DNA of 64,000 nt from Octopus vulgaris (GCA_951406725.2 OX597832.1:54436001-54500000); one strand, 5' to 3'. Counted from the first letter of the stretch, positions 40,823-53,004 are shown. Notes: a model not told the origin generated them from the letters alone. Numbers and translations are program-made.

Positions 40823-41497
40823 CCCTTTAGCATTCAGATGATTAATCTGTTAAATGTAATGCTTATTACTTTCACTTTAGCAAAGGTGGAGGTATTGTTT
40901 TTAGTAGTGTTTGTTCGTTCATTTGTCCTTAGACAAAATATCTCAAGAACCGCTGGATGGATTCGGATGAAACTCTCAGGGATGTTTGGCTTCGTGAGTA
41001 GCACAAACTGATTAGATTTTGGGATCAATCCAGTACCGGACAAGGATTCTGGATTATTTTTCCGTTTTTTTTGGCACTTAATTTTTCAGAGCAGTCAGGA
41101 TCATTTTTAGTATTCTCGTTTGTGAGGGCAGTCGAGTTTATTTCAGATATTCTCATTTTAAAAATCATCTCCAGCTAATCGTTGAGAGGACGTTGATGTT
41201 GCCTTGGCAGTGGTTTGCACTCTTTGAGTGCTCCTGTTTATTCATATGATTTTGAATTAATCATTACATCATCGTGTAGCTTTGAGATTTCGCTAATGTG
41301 ATATATTCTTTTGTTTATTTCAGTCATTTGACTGCGACCATACTGGAGCGCTGCCTTTAGTCGAACAAATTGACCCTTTGTAAGCCTAGTACTTATTCTG
41401 TCAGTCTCTTTTACCAAACTGCTAAGTTGCAAGGACCTAAACACACCAGCATCAGTTGTCAAGCGATGGTGGGTGGGAGGCAAACACAGACACACAA

Positions 41498-41565
<68 letters not shown>

Positions 41566-41841
41566 GATGGGCTTCTTTCAGTTTCCATCTACGAAATCCA
41601 TTCACAAGGCTCTGGTCAGCCTTTGGTCAGCCTGAGGCTATAGTAGAAGACACTGGCCCAAGGTGCCACGCTGTGGGACTGAACTCGGAACCATGTGGTT
41701 GGTAAGCAAGCTACTTACCACACAGCCGTTCATTTTAGAATGAAATTATAGGTATATGCATGAGATGCTGGAGCTAACCGATTTGAACATAAAACAGGTA
41801 GAATACTGGAATTAGATATGAGCGGTCTAAATGCTAAAGGG
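40823..41841. mobile_element. piggyBac-type MITE (P1) split by a Helentron-type insert (40864-41238) and a family A SINE (41305-41728)
   Basis: TTAA|CCCTTTAGCATT ... AATGCTAAAGGG|TTAA; internal pieces colinear with 3429-3649. Confidence 0.7.
40864..41238 (+). mobile_element. Helentron-associated non-autonomous element (HINE/DINE-1-like)
   Basis: TTATTAC 5' end, short GTTT/GTTC tract, 3' GCCTTGGC and palindrome GCACTC-TTT-GAGTGC, T-rich insertion site. Confidence 0.6.
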
Positions 41842-42139
41842 TTAAAATGATGCCAATGATGATGATGATGATGATGAGTTGTCTTTGAAGAAGAATTTAC
41901 AAACAATCAGTGATCTTTGCATAGTAGTTTTTTAGCCACAGGCCTGCCCTGTATGAGTAGATAGATCACTTGAAGGTATTACAGTCAGTCATTCCTTATT
42001 TTATTTAGACATCATGCATCTAGGACTACACTTTGCGTTATGCCCTCTCTTTTTCTAAGACAATGGGATGCAATTTGGCTGTTATTTTTAGCACAACGAG
42101 CAACTATAAATAGGCTTCCATGTTGGCTAGTAAGGTTAA

Positions 42140-42358
42140 CCCTTTAGTATTTAAACCGGCCATATCCGGCCAAAGTGGTTAATCTGTTTTATGTTCAAAC
42201 TGACCAGATCCAGGCTCTCACACCTACCCTACAATGTTATTCTACATTAAGTAATTACACCATCAAGATCTTGAAGATATGAGATAATGCATGATTAATT
42301 CAAATCAATGTGAATCAATTAGCATTATGTTTGATAGAATAATCTGAACACTAAAGGG
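42140..42358. mobile_element. piggyBac-type MITE (P1), opposite orientation
   Basis: TTAA|CCCTTTAG...CTAAAGGG|TTAA. Confidence 0.8.
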
Positions 42359-42561
42359 TTAAATATTTATATCTAAAAGGCTGTATTCTAAAGGGTAGTC
42401 AAAAGAATACGGCCTAGTGTTGCTAAGATTAAATTCCTCAGTCAAACATATACAAAGATATTTACAAGAATTACACCACAGAGAAGTAAAGCGTGCTTTG
42501 CATATAAATTGTTTATATATACACGCACACACACACACGTATGTATATGCATACATGAGTG

Positions 42562-42598
<37 letters not shown>

Positions 42599-42624
42599 CT
42601 ATATTTACATATATATCTATATTA

Positions 42625-42857
42625 AGGCGGCGAGCTGGCAGAATCGTTAGCATGCCGGGCGAAATGCTTAGCAGTATTTTGTCTGCCGCTATGTTCTGAG
42701 TTCAAATTCTGCGCCGAGATCAACTTTGCCTTTCATCCTTTCGAGGTTGATTAAATAAGTACCAGTTACGCACTGGGGTCGATATAATCGATTTAATCCA
42801 TTTGTCTGTCCTTGTTTGTCCTCTCTGTGTTTAGCCCCTTGTGGGTAGTAAAGAAAT
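42625..42857 (+). mobile_element. SINE family B2
   Basis: Consensus match. Confidence 0.85.
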
Positions 42858-42880
42858 TTATATATCTATCTATATATATA

Positions 42881-43170
42881 TATCTGTAAATGTAATATGT
42901 CACAATTATTCGGTAGCCAAGATAAAACTCTGAGTTTTGGATGCTGGGGTGGAAATCCAGCCATCGGAAAAAATGCTTTATTTTTCATAGTATTTTTTCC
43001 GATGGCCAGATAACTGAAGAGATGGCAGCGTGGATTTCCACCCTGGCATCCGAAACTCGGAGTTTTATCATGGGTGCCGAATAATTGTCACATATTACAT
43101 TTACAGATAAATTTCTCTATTTACATAATATTGAGGTCTTTTTCATTCTTTTGTTGTCTTACCATTTTTA
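42881..43170. mobile_element. Penelope-like pLTR fold-back
   Basis: About 80-bp inverted arms 42881-42959 / 43031-43110; inner hairpin 42960-43006. Confidence 0.7.
43006..43073 (+). ncRNA. Type I hammerhead ribozyme
   Basis: Stem I CCAGATAA / TTATC(A)TGG; CTGAAGA 43014-43020; long stem II; GAAA 43052-43055; stem III CT-CGG-AG; GUU site ending at 43064. Confidence 0.65.
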
Positions 43171-43175
43171 TCAAT

Positions 43176-43509
43176 GATCCCTGGTCTGGTGGTACGTAAA
43201 AAGCACCATCCGACTCGTGGCCGATGCCAGCACCGCCTCGTCTGGCTTCCGTGCCGGTGGCACATAAAATACACCAATCCGACCGTGGCCGTTGCCAGCC
43301 TCGCCTGGCACCTGTGCAGGTGGCACGTAAAAAGCACCCACTACACTCACGGAGTGGTTGGCGTTAGGAAGGGCATCCAGCTGTAGAAACACTGCCAGAT
43401 AAGACTGGAGCCTGGTGCAGCCTTCTGGCTTCCCAGATCCCTGGTCGAACCGTCCAATCCATGCTAGCATGGAGAACGGACGTTAAACGATGATGATGAT
43501 GATGATGAT
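43176..43509 (+). mobile_element. RTE-type 3' UTR/tail
   Basis: Consensus match, (GAT)n. Confidence 0.8.
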
Positions 43510-43519
43510 ATATATATAT

Positions 43520-43916
43520 AAAATGAGATAGGGGTTGTAAATTCAACCCTCCATGGGATAACATATATCCAATATACTGCTAGAGAGGTACCCAACAAAA
43601 CTAATACATAAATGTTAAAAATTGCGATGCAATTAATTCATCTACTGTATTATGTGGGCAAGGGTAAAATTATTACCGTAAATTAATAATACAAAATGAG
43701 AAAATGGAGAAACATACCTAAATCAATCATCCACGGCCGAAACAGCTGTCAGCTACAATGTAAATGTATTTTCTATTTCTATTTCTATGTCTTGTTATAT
43801 TTGTAATATATTATGTATAATGTCATTGCTGTTGTGTAATGGTTTAATAAAGTATTGATTGGGTATTATCTGATGGTTGATGATTGATTTAGGTATGTTT
43901 CTCCATTTTCTCATTT

Positions 43917-43920
<4 letters not shown>
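43520..43920. mobile_element. Penelope-like remnant with 42-bp perfect inverted repeat and hammerhead 3' half
   Basis: 43690-43731 is the reverse complement of 43879-43920; CGAAAC-AGCT-GTC at about 43738. Confidence 0.55.
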
Positions 43921-43968
<48 letters not shown>

Positions 43969-43971
<3 letters not shown>

Positions 43972-44219
43972 GGTTGGTGCATAATTATTGTGGCTTTTTT
44001 TCAACAAATTTTATTCAACAAAAACAATAACAATATTGAACAAAAACTTCTTTGAATGACGGTCTGACCATCTGCCAAGCAAATGGGAAGCAGTAATTGA
44101 AGTAGATGGTGAATATGCTCCAGAATAATCATTTAAAGGTGTTTTTGTTACATGTTGTTATTGTTTTTATTGAATTAAATTTGTTGAAAAAAAGCCGCAA
44201 TAATTATGCACCAACCCAA
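43969..44219. mobile_element. mariner-derived MITE with long TIRs
   Basis: TA|TCGGGTTGGTGCATAATTATTG ... CAATAATTATGCACCAACCCAA|TA; internal transposase C-terminus HLPSKWEAVIEVDGEY. Confidence 0.85.
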
Positions 44220-44569
44220 TATATATATTAATGTACCGGCACATGCTGGTGGCACATTAAAAACAACATTTGAGCATGGTCATTGCCAGTGCCACCGGAC
44301 TGGCTGCCGTGCAGGTAGCACGTAAAGATACCCTTTAAGTATGGTCACTGCCAGTACCACCTGACTGGCCCTCGTGCCGGTGACACATAAAGCACCCACT
44401 ACACTCTCAGAGTGATTGGTGTTAGGAAGGACATCCAGCTGTGGAAACTTTGCCAGATCACATTGGGGCCTGGTGCAGCCATCTGACTCACCAGTCCTCA
44501 TCAGTCAAACCGTCCAACCCATGCCAGCATGGAAAGCGGACGTAAAACAATGATGATGATGATGAATAG

Positions 44570-45575
44570 TCTTTGTATGTGGCAAATATGCAGGGACAAT
44601 AAGCGCTAAATATGCACTAAAAATAGATTCACTCAAATGCTTGGAGGATCATAAGAAGTAGTAGATAGCTTCTCTTACCAAGGAGACCAAGTTAGCAGTG
44701 GTGGAAGAAGTTCTGAAAGAGTAGTTGCTAGAATAAGAATGGGCTGGGCAAAGTTCTGAGAGCTTCTACCTATGTTGGTAACTAAGGGCCTCTCCCTTAG
44801 AGTGAAAGACAGGGCCATTGCTAAGCCCCTACAACCCCTGCAGTAACAGGGGGCCTCAGCGGTTGAGGGACCCCATGTTAAGATCAAAGTACATAGATGA
44901 GTCATCTGTTTACTTTGGTTAAGATGTTGAACAAGAATTAAACTATTTGTAAGAGACCTAAATAAATTTGATTTGTACTTTTCAAGATGTTCTCTAGGAT
45001 AACATGAAATATTGAACTTCAGATAGAATAAACTAAAATATAGCTATGAATAAAAGGTGTGTAGATTATGAATTTTGATTGAAGGTATGGGGCCTTGAAG
45101 CAAAAGGTTGCAGGGGGCCTCTAAAAATCACATGATAAAGCTGGGCAGATTATATGATGCAAGTACGCGTACAGCTATGCTACATGGCAGTGAAACATGG
45201 GCTCTGACTACAGAGGACATTTGAAGGCTTGAAAGAAATGAAGCTATCATGCGCTGCTGGATGAGTAATGTCGGTGTGTACATATGACAGAGGGTAAATG
45301 ATTTAAGGGGAAAGCTGGGTATAAGAGGTATCGGATGTTGTGTGCAAGAGAGAAAACTGTGCTTGTTTGGTTATACAATGCACATGGATAAGGAGAGCAG
45401 CATTAAGAAATCCCGAGCTCTAACTGTGGAGGGTATCTGTGGAAGAGGTAGACCCAGGAAAACATGGATAGGACAAAGTGGTGAGAAAGGATTTTTGGAC
45501 ACTGGGCCTCACTGAAAAAATGACAAGGGACCGGGAGAGGTGGTGATTAGCTGTACTTGATAAGACACGTGAAGC
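44570..45575 (+). mobile_element. Decayed RTE LINE fragment interrupted by a hAT-like insert (about 44809-45142)
   Basis: RIRMGWAKF.ELLPMLVTKGLSLRVK resumes at GRLYDA..MLHGSETWAL after an insert starting CAGGGCC. Confidence 0.75.
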
Positions 45576-45787
45576 TAAGCAAAAGTTGCTGTCATCCATA
45601 CATACAAGCTTGTCCATGCAGGTTGATCTTTCGAATCAGTGGTCACATAGAAAAAACATCTGTGCTGGTGCTGCATAAATGCCCCCGTACCAGTGGCACA
45701 TAAAAAGCACCCAGCAAAGTCTGTTATGTGGTTGGTTTTAGGAAGGGCACCCAGCCATAGAAACCACGCCACATGGTTTGTTAATTA

Positions 45788-46203
45788 AGGTGGCGAGCTG
45801 GCAGAAACGTTAGCATGTCAGGCGAAATGCTTAGCGGTATTTCGTCTGCCGCTACGTTCTAAGTTCAAATTCTGCCGAGGTCGACTTTGCCTTTCATCCT
45901 TTCGGGGTTGATAAATTAAGTACCAGTTACGCACTGGGGTCGATGTAATCGACTTAATACCTATGTCTGTCCTTGTTTGTTCCCTCTATGTTTAGCCCCT
46001 TATGGGTAATAAAGAAATAGGTATTTCATTTGTTCTGAGTTCTGAGTTAAAATTCCACCGAGGTCGACTTTGCCTTACATCCTTTCGGGGTCGATAAATT
46101 AAGTACCAGTTACGCACTGGGGTTGATGTAATTGACTTAATCTTTTTGTCTGTCCTTGTTTGTCCCCTCTGTGTTTAGCCCCTTGTGGGCAATAAAGAAA
46201 TAA
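45788..46203 (+). mobile_element. Two tandem/nested family B2 SINEs
   Basis: Second unit follows AAAGAAATA|GGTATTTC. Confidence 0.85.
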
Positions 46204-46314
46204 GAAGCTATAGTAGAAGACACTTGTCTAAGGTGCCACACAGTGGGACTGGAATCAGAATCATGTGTTCTGGAAGTAAACCTATTATCACACAGAAATG
46301 CCTGCGCCTATGTA

Positions 46315-46374
<60 letters not shown>

Positions 46375-46417
46375 TATATATATATATATATATATATGCA
46401 TATATATATATATATAT

Positions 46418-46640
46418 AGGGGAGAATTCACAAAAAAAAAAACAAGCAAAAGACGAAGACAGGTGGTGTAGACAACAAACAGATGTATTAGTTTAACGCT
46501 CGGGAAGTGAAAAAGTCTTTAACGTTTCGAGCCTACGCTCTTCCACAGAAAGGAACAGAGAAAGAAACAAGGAGAGAAAATAAAGAATGTGTAGTGGCTA
46601 GCGATCTATCATGGCAAATGCCGGACAGAAGGGTCACACA
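46418..46640 (-). mobile_element. Penelope-like pLTR fragment with variant hammerhead motif
   Basis: Reverse complement of 63146-63331; CTTT-CTGTGGA-A-GAGC GTAG GCTC-GAAACGTT-AAAG. Confidence 0.6.
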
Positions 46641-46753
46641 GGAGGTGTGTGTGTGTACGTCAGGCTTATGGTTTCCGTCAACAAAATCCACTTTCAAGGC
46701 TTTAGTTTGCCTGGGGCCATAGTAGAGGACACATGCTGAAGGTGCCATATAGT

Positions 46754-46895
46754 CATTAGCGTAGAAGGTGGGGATCAGAGGGGGCGGCACCACTTTTGGG
46801 TCTGCTGTAGGTATTATGTATTTTTTTGTGGAGGCCCCCGGAGGTGGAAAACTGAAGGACCGCCCCGGGTAGCACATACTCTAGCTCCGCTAGTA
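46754..46895. mobile_element. hAT-type MITE inserted in a family A SINE
   Basis: Ends CATTAGCGTAG / CTCCGCTAGTA; 8-bp TSD CATATAGT/CATGCAGT duplicates host SINE sequence. Confidence 0.6.
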
Positions 46896-47069
46896 CATGC
46901 AGTGAGATTGAAACCAAAACTATGTGGTTGGGAAGTGAAAGGTTCAAGCATAGAAACACATACACACGTCGGTCATGTCGAACCGTCCGATCCAAGCCAG
47001 TGTGAAGAAGAGATGTTAATAGCGCTATACATAGACACGCCCACACACACATGCGTGTATCCATCAATA

Positions 47070-47857
47070 CATCCATCCATACATACATACATACATCATA
47101 CATACATACATACATCATACATACATACATGCATACATACATGCATGCATACATACATACATACATCATACATACATACATACATACATACATACATACA
47201 TCATACATACATACATACATCATACATACATACATTCATACATACATGCATACATACATACATGCATGCATACATACATACATGCATACATCATACATAC
47301 ATCATACATACATACATCATACATCATACATACATACATACATGCATGCATACATACATACATACATCATACATGCATACATCCATCCACACATACATAC
47401 ATCATACATACATACATGCATGCATACATACATACATACATCATACATACATACATCCACACATACATACATACATACATACATACACATACATACATCA
47501 TACATGCATACATCCATCCACACATACATACATACATACATGCATACATGCATACATCATATATCATACATACATCATACATACATCATACATACATGCA
47601 TGCATACATACATCATACATACATACATCCATCCACACATACATACATACATACATACATCATACATGCATACATCCATCCATACATACATACATACATG
47701 CATACATCATATATCATACATACATACATACATACATAATTACATACATACATCCATCCATACATACATACATACATGCATACATCATATATCATACATA
47801 CATCATACATACATACATCATACATATACATACATACATACATACATACATACATAC
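47070..47857. repeat. (CATA)n microsatellite
   Basis: Direct reading. Confidence 0.95.
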
Positions 47858-47989
47858 CCATTAAAAATGTCTTAAAAACTTTATTACAGGTTTTATTCAC
47901 GCGTCACTTACCTACAACCCCATTCTGGAATAACCCATTAAAACATCCTTCCTATCTAAAAATCCACATCCTATCTTCAGATATGCCGG

Positions 47990-48268
47990 GATACTACTTA
48001 AGAAGAGTGGTCCCGGTGCGCGCACTCGCGCATCCGCGTTAGCTAGTCGAGACCTGTCGATCCTTACTTTGTATTTTTGTTTTATTTACTTTGTTTTAAA
48101 AAAATGATTTATTTTGTTTAAAAAAAATATTTTGTGTAAAAAAAATTATTTATTTTGTGTTTTATTTACTTTGCTAGGTAGTCGTCGTAGGATCGACTAG
48201 TCACGACAAGCTAGCGCGGATGCGCGAGTACGCGAGTGCGCGCACCGGGACCACTCTTAAGTAGTACC
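47990..48268. mobile_element. Merlin-like MITE (family M1), copy 1
   Basis: About 80-bp TIR G(G/A)TACTACTTAAGAAGAGTGGTCCCGGTGCGCG; 8-bp TSD TATGCCGG/TCTGCCGG; GGTAC terminus. Confidence 0.75.
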
Positions 48269-48600
48269 TCTGCCGGATTATATAAAAAAAAAAAACCTAT
48301 CATATTTTCGATAACCATAACATACTTAACTTTAATTTTTATAAGTAGAAATGGTTAAAGAAAAAAAAACCAGGAAAAAACAGCTTTTATTCAATGAGAA
48401 AGCATTTTTTTGTATAGCTTGTTTAAAACATTAATCTATTATATTTCACTTTCAATAACAACGAACAATAATCAGAAATACTAGGTCAGCAGAATTTTAA
48501 AACTGAAAACTTATAAAGTTCTAATGGGAAACTAAAGTGATTCATTCTTCGCTGGCTCTTTCGTCCAACTGCAACACGAACACGGATTTTCTACAAATAC

Positions 48601-48830
48601 CTATTTCTTTTCTACCCACAAGGGGCTAAACACAGAGAGGGGACAAACAAGGATAGACAAACGGATTAAGTCGATTACATTGACCCCAGTGTGCAACTGG
48701 TACTTAATCCATCGACCCCGAAAGGAAAGGATAAAAGGCAAAGTCGACCTCGGCGGAATTTGAACTCAGAACGTAAAGACAGACGAAATACCGCTGAGCA
48801 TTTCGCCCGGCGTGCTAACGACTCTGCCAC
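48601..48830 (-). mobile_element. SINE family B2
   Basis: Consensus match with most CpGs intact. Confidence 0.85.
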
Positions 48831-48895
48831 CTTTCATATTGTGTTAGACTACAATTTACGATGTAGGATTTTAATGTTTATACACACACACACAC

Positions 48896-48967
<72 letters not shown>

Positions 48968-48977
48968 TATATATATG

Positions 48978-49009
<32 letters not shown>

Positions 49010-49118
49010 TAAAGACAGGTAGCACTTTTACGCGGAACTTTTCATACCAGTGTTGGAAAATTGCCGGTTTTTGTTTTTCTGTCTTTCGTTAGTTGAAAAC
49101 GGGTGGTGTGCGCATTCT

Positions 49119-49439
49119 GGTTCTACTTAAGAAGAGTGGTCCCGGTGCGTGCACTCGCGTACTCGCGCATCCGCGCTAGCTAGTCGTGACTAGTCGAGCC
49201 TTACTTTGTGTTTTTTGTTTTATTTACTTTGTTTAAAAAAATATTATCTACTTTGTGTTTTTGTGTTTTATTTACTTTGTTTAAAAATCAATTATTTACT
49301 TTGTGTAAAAAAATTATTTATTTTGTGTTTTATTTACTTTGCTAGGTAGTCGTTGTAGGATCGACTAGTCACGACTAGCTAGCTCCGATGCGCGAGTACG
49401 CGAGTGCGCGCACCGAGACCACTCTTCTTAAGTAGTACC
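49119..49439. mobile_element. Merlin-like MITE (M1), copy 2, flanked by long direct duplication
   Basis: Same TIRs as 47990; flanks 48863-49118 and 49440-49634 are direct repeats. Confidence 0.8.
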
Positions 49440-49470
49440 ATCGTATTTTAATGTTTATACACACACACAC

Positions 49471-49527
<57 letters not shown>

Positions 49528-49846
49528 ACGGGTAGCACATTTACACAGAACTTTTCATACAAGTGTTGAGAAACCGCCGGTTTTTGTTTTTCTTTCTTGT
49601 TTTGTTAGTTTAAAACGGGTGGGGTGCGTATTCTTTCCTCCCGCCTAGTTTCTCATAAAAAAAAAAAAAAAAAAGATCCAAGGAAAATATTTCACGCACT
49701 CACATAATCGAAAAAAATTATTTTTCACAACCGAATCCTCGACTGTTTACTAACACTAAAATATTTCCGCATTTTAACATGACATGTCCCTGTGGCGTAG
49801 TGCATATTTTTTTTGCCGCCCCGTTTTCCTTAAAAATCTAAATTAC

Positions 49847-49986
49847 CCTCGACTCCAACAAACACCACCAGTCTAATAAAGAAAGGAGCCGCCCCTGTGA
49901 AGTCCGTGCACTCTGCACACCCGAGTAGTAGTAACCCGTATAACTTAGTGCGAAACAGGCCTTCTCGAAGCAGGTTTTTCTAGGAA
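49847..49986 (-). other. Candidate 140-nt exon
   Basis: Minus strand TTATGTTTCAACAG| acceptor and AGG|GTAATT donor in non-repetitive CpG-containing DNA. Confidence 0.35.
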
Positions 49987-50501
49987 CTGTTGAAACATAA
50001 TATATACCTATTTCTTTATTACCCACAAGGGTCTAAACATAGAGGGGACAAACAAGGACAGACAAAGGTATTAAGTCGATTACATCGACCCCCAGTGCAC
50101 AACTGGTACTTAATTTATCGAACTCCGAAAGGATGAAAGGCAAAGTCGACCTCGATACCGTCAACGAGAAGTAAAAAGTTGTAAATGTATAATTTGGTGT
50201 GAGTCAATTAGTTGTGAAGATAGTTTGTTATTGAAAATAATAATAATAATAATAATAATAATAAAGCACTGGAAGGCTCTGCAATAATCTAGAGTAACGT
50301 AGTTGGATTGTATTTACTTCTTTCTTCCTTTTTTCTTCCTCGCCATGTGTTTGTTTACAGGTCAAGTGTCATTTCTAAGTAAACAAACATCTTTATCCTA
50401 GTCGTATAGCTCCTGACACAAGACCAGTTGACATCGTAAATAATATCGATTTTTTAAATACACACACACACACGTATATATATATATTTAAGATCTTAAG
50501 G

Positions 50502-50517
50502 AATTTAAGATCTTAAG

Positions 50518-50575
<58 letters not shown>

Positions 50576-50591
50576 CTTAAGATCTTAAATT
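50502..50591. repeat. Perfect 90-bp palindrome centred on (TA)n
   Basis: AATTTAAGATCTTAAGCC-(TA)n-GGCTTAAGATCTTAAATT. Confidence 0.9.
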
Positions 50592-51519
50592 TTTGTAAAT
50601 CACTATTTATTCTCCCACCCTATCCCCGGAAGGAATCGAATGAGAATCGAAACCGGGCCGTTTGCAGAGCCCGCTGTATCGAATCAAACGTGTTTCTTTG
50701 ATATTTAACCATCGTGTTGTTGATATGATAGAAAAAAAAAAAGAAAAAACACTTAGCGGTTCGGCAAAAAGAGACCGATAGAAGAAGTACTGGGCTTACA
50801 AAAGAATAAGTCCCAGGGTCGATTTGTTCGACTAAAGGCGGTGCTCCAGCATGGCCACAGTCAAATGACTGAAACAAGTAAAAGAGTAAAAGAGTAAAAA
50901 AAAGTAGTTTATCATAATTAGAACATAAATTATTAACACAGTTGTAAATCACGGGTTGATTACTGAAATATAAAAGGAAGGAAACATTGACCAGAAACAG
51001 TGAAGAATAAAGTAGGAAGATTTCAATTACCTTTGGCAATGCTGTCGGCTGGATTCGCTTGGGCAGTGTTCCAAAAAAAATGTGACGATCAAAGAAGAAA
51101 GACTATATATAATAAACGCACGACCGTTAAGAATAATTTTGTCTGTAAATGAAAAACTTCCGTTTTAGAGGTCTGTTTAATGAATTTTAGGTATCTGTCG
51201 GTTGTAAGTTGACACAATGACCGATACTTTGGGTACCAGGGGGGTACATTGTAAGGTGGTAATGAGGAGCGAAAAGATTGTGCGAAAAGGTGTAGGAGTT
51301 GGTCGGTCGAATGGATTTGTGACGACGAAAGATAGAGAGAGAGAGAGAAGAAGGGGGAAATAAATAAATAAATAAATAGAATCGAAGGACTTTGATAGGA
51401 AAAGAAGGAAAAGATATATGGAAGAGAGGAAAGGAAACAGAGAAGAATAACAGGTGTGAGTGGGAGGAGGAGAAGGGTAGGAATAAAGAGAAAGAGACGG
51501 GGGGAGAGAGAGAGGGTAA

Positions 51520-52165
51520 GAAATAAGATATAAATGAAAGGAAGGGGAGATATATAAATTTAGAGAGGAAAAGAGCGAGTGATAAGATATGAAAGAGAGG
51601 GGAGACGATGCAAATTTAGAGAGGGTAAGAGAGATCAGGAAAGGGAAAGAAAGATCAAGATATGAATGAGAGGGAGAGGAGACATGAGTTTAGCTAGGAA
51701 AAGAGCGAGTAAGAAGATATGAATGAGAATAGGAGAAATTATACTTTTTTAGAGAGGTAGGAGAGATAAAGAGGGGGGAAAGAGAGAGATCGAGATATGA
51801 ATGAGAGGGGGAGAAAATAAATATAGATGTAGAGAGAGGACGAGGAAATAATGAGATATGAATGCGAGGGAGAGGGAATATGAATTTAGAGAGAGAGGGG
51901 GAGAGAAAGAAAGATTATAAATGATAGAAGAGGAGGAGATATTAATTTAGAGAATGAAAAAAGAAAGGAAGATATGAACGAGAGAGGAGGAGATATAAGT
52001 TTAGAGAGAGGGAGAAGGAGATATGAACGAGAGAGGAGGATATATAAGTTTAGAGAGAGGGAGACGAAGATATGAACGAGAGAGGAGGAGATATAAGTTT
52101 AGAGAGAGGGAGGCGAAGATATGAACGAGAGAGGAGGAGATATAAGTTTAGAGAGAGGGAGAGGG
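51520..52165. repeat. Purine-rich minisatellite, 49-bp unit
   Basis: GATATGAACG at 51971, 52020, 52069, 52118; degenerate units to the left. Confidence 0.85.
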
Positions 52166-52491
52166 AGACGAAGAGAGGCGATGACAGGGTTTTGTTACGT
52201 TGTTGCGGGACGTCTCGTTGAAAATGCCGACTCCACTCGCGCCATATAATATTACTAGATCTGGTTTTTTTCTCTTTCCTCTCTCATTCTTTTCCACTCG
52301 ATATTTCGTCCTTTGGTCACCCACCAACTGTACTCGTTTTCTGTTTTTTTTTTTCTTCTTCTTCACGTTCTCATTCTTTCCATTTTTCTTTCTTTCTCTC
52401 TCTCTCTCTCTCATTTACATAACATTCTTGTTTCACTTTATTCTTTTGCAAATCAACTTTCACACGCCCGCACAAACATACATACACACAC

Positions 52492-52527
<36 letters not shown>

Positions 52528-52586
52528 ACACGCACACACATACACACACACACACACACACAAAGTCTCTCCCTCTCTCGTTACTT

Positions 52587-52624
52587 CTATCTATCTACCT
52601 ATCTATCTATCCATCCATCCATCC

Positions 52625-52716
<92 letters not shown>
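52587..52716. repeat. (ATCT)n microsatellite
   Basis: Direct reading. Confidence 0.95.
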
Positions 52717-52717
<1 letters not shown>

Positions 52718-53004
52718 AATGACTATCTGATCGTCTGCCGATCCATCTGTTGCTGCTTTTCCTTTAAACTAATACTTCACTCTCTCTTTTTTTTTCTTTC
52801 TGTCCGAAATACTTCGTTTCTTTCCTTTTTTTTTTTTGGTTCCTTTTCCCGCCACGCCATACTTACTAAGTCTCTCATTTTCTCCTATCTCGCTCTCCCT
52901 CTCTGTCGAACTTTAACCCTTCCCTCTTATCACTTCTCTCTTTCACTCCACTCCGCCAACAATCTCAAAATATTTTAACATGCAAAATATAAACATAAAT
53001 TACG

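Noticed and set aside
50344-50392. pre-miRNA hairpin
   Set aside because: The stem is only about 11 bp with a 20-nt loop, too short for a miRNA precursor.
51968-52165. CRISPR-like arrays (49-bp, 32/42-bp and 27.6-28.4 kb repeats)
   Set aside because: No unique spacers, no cas genes, eukaryotic context; these are minisatellites.
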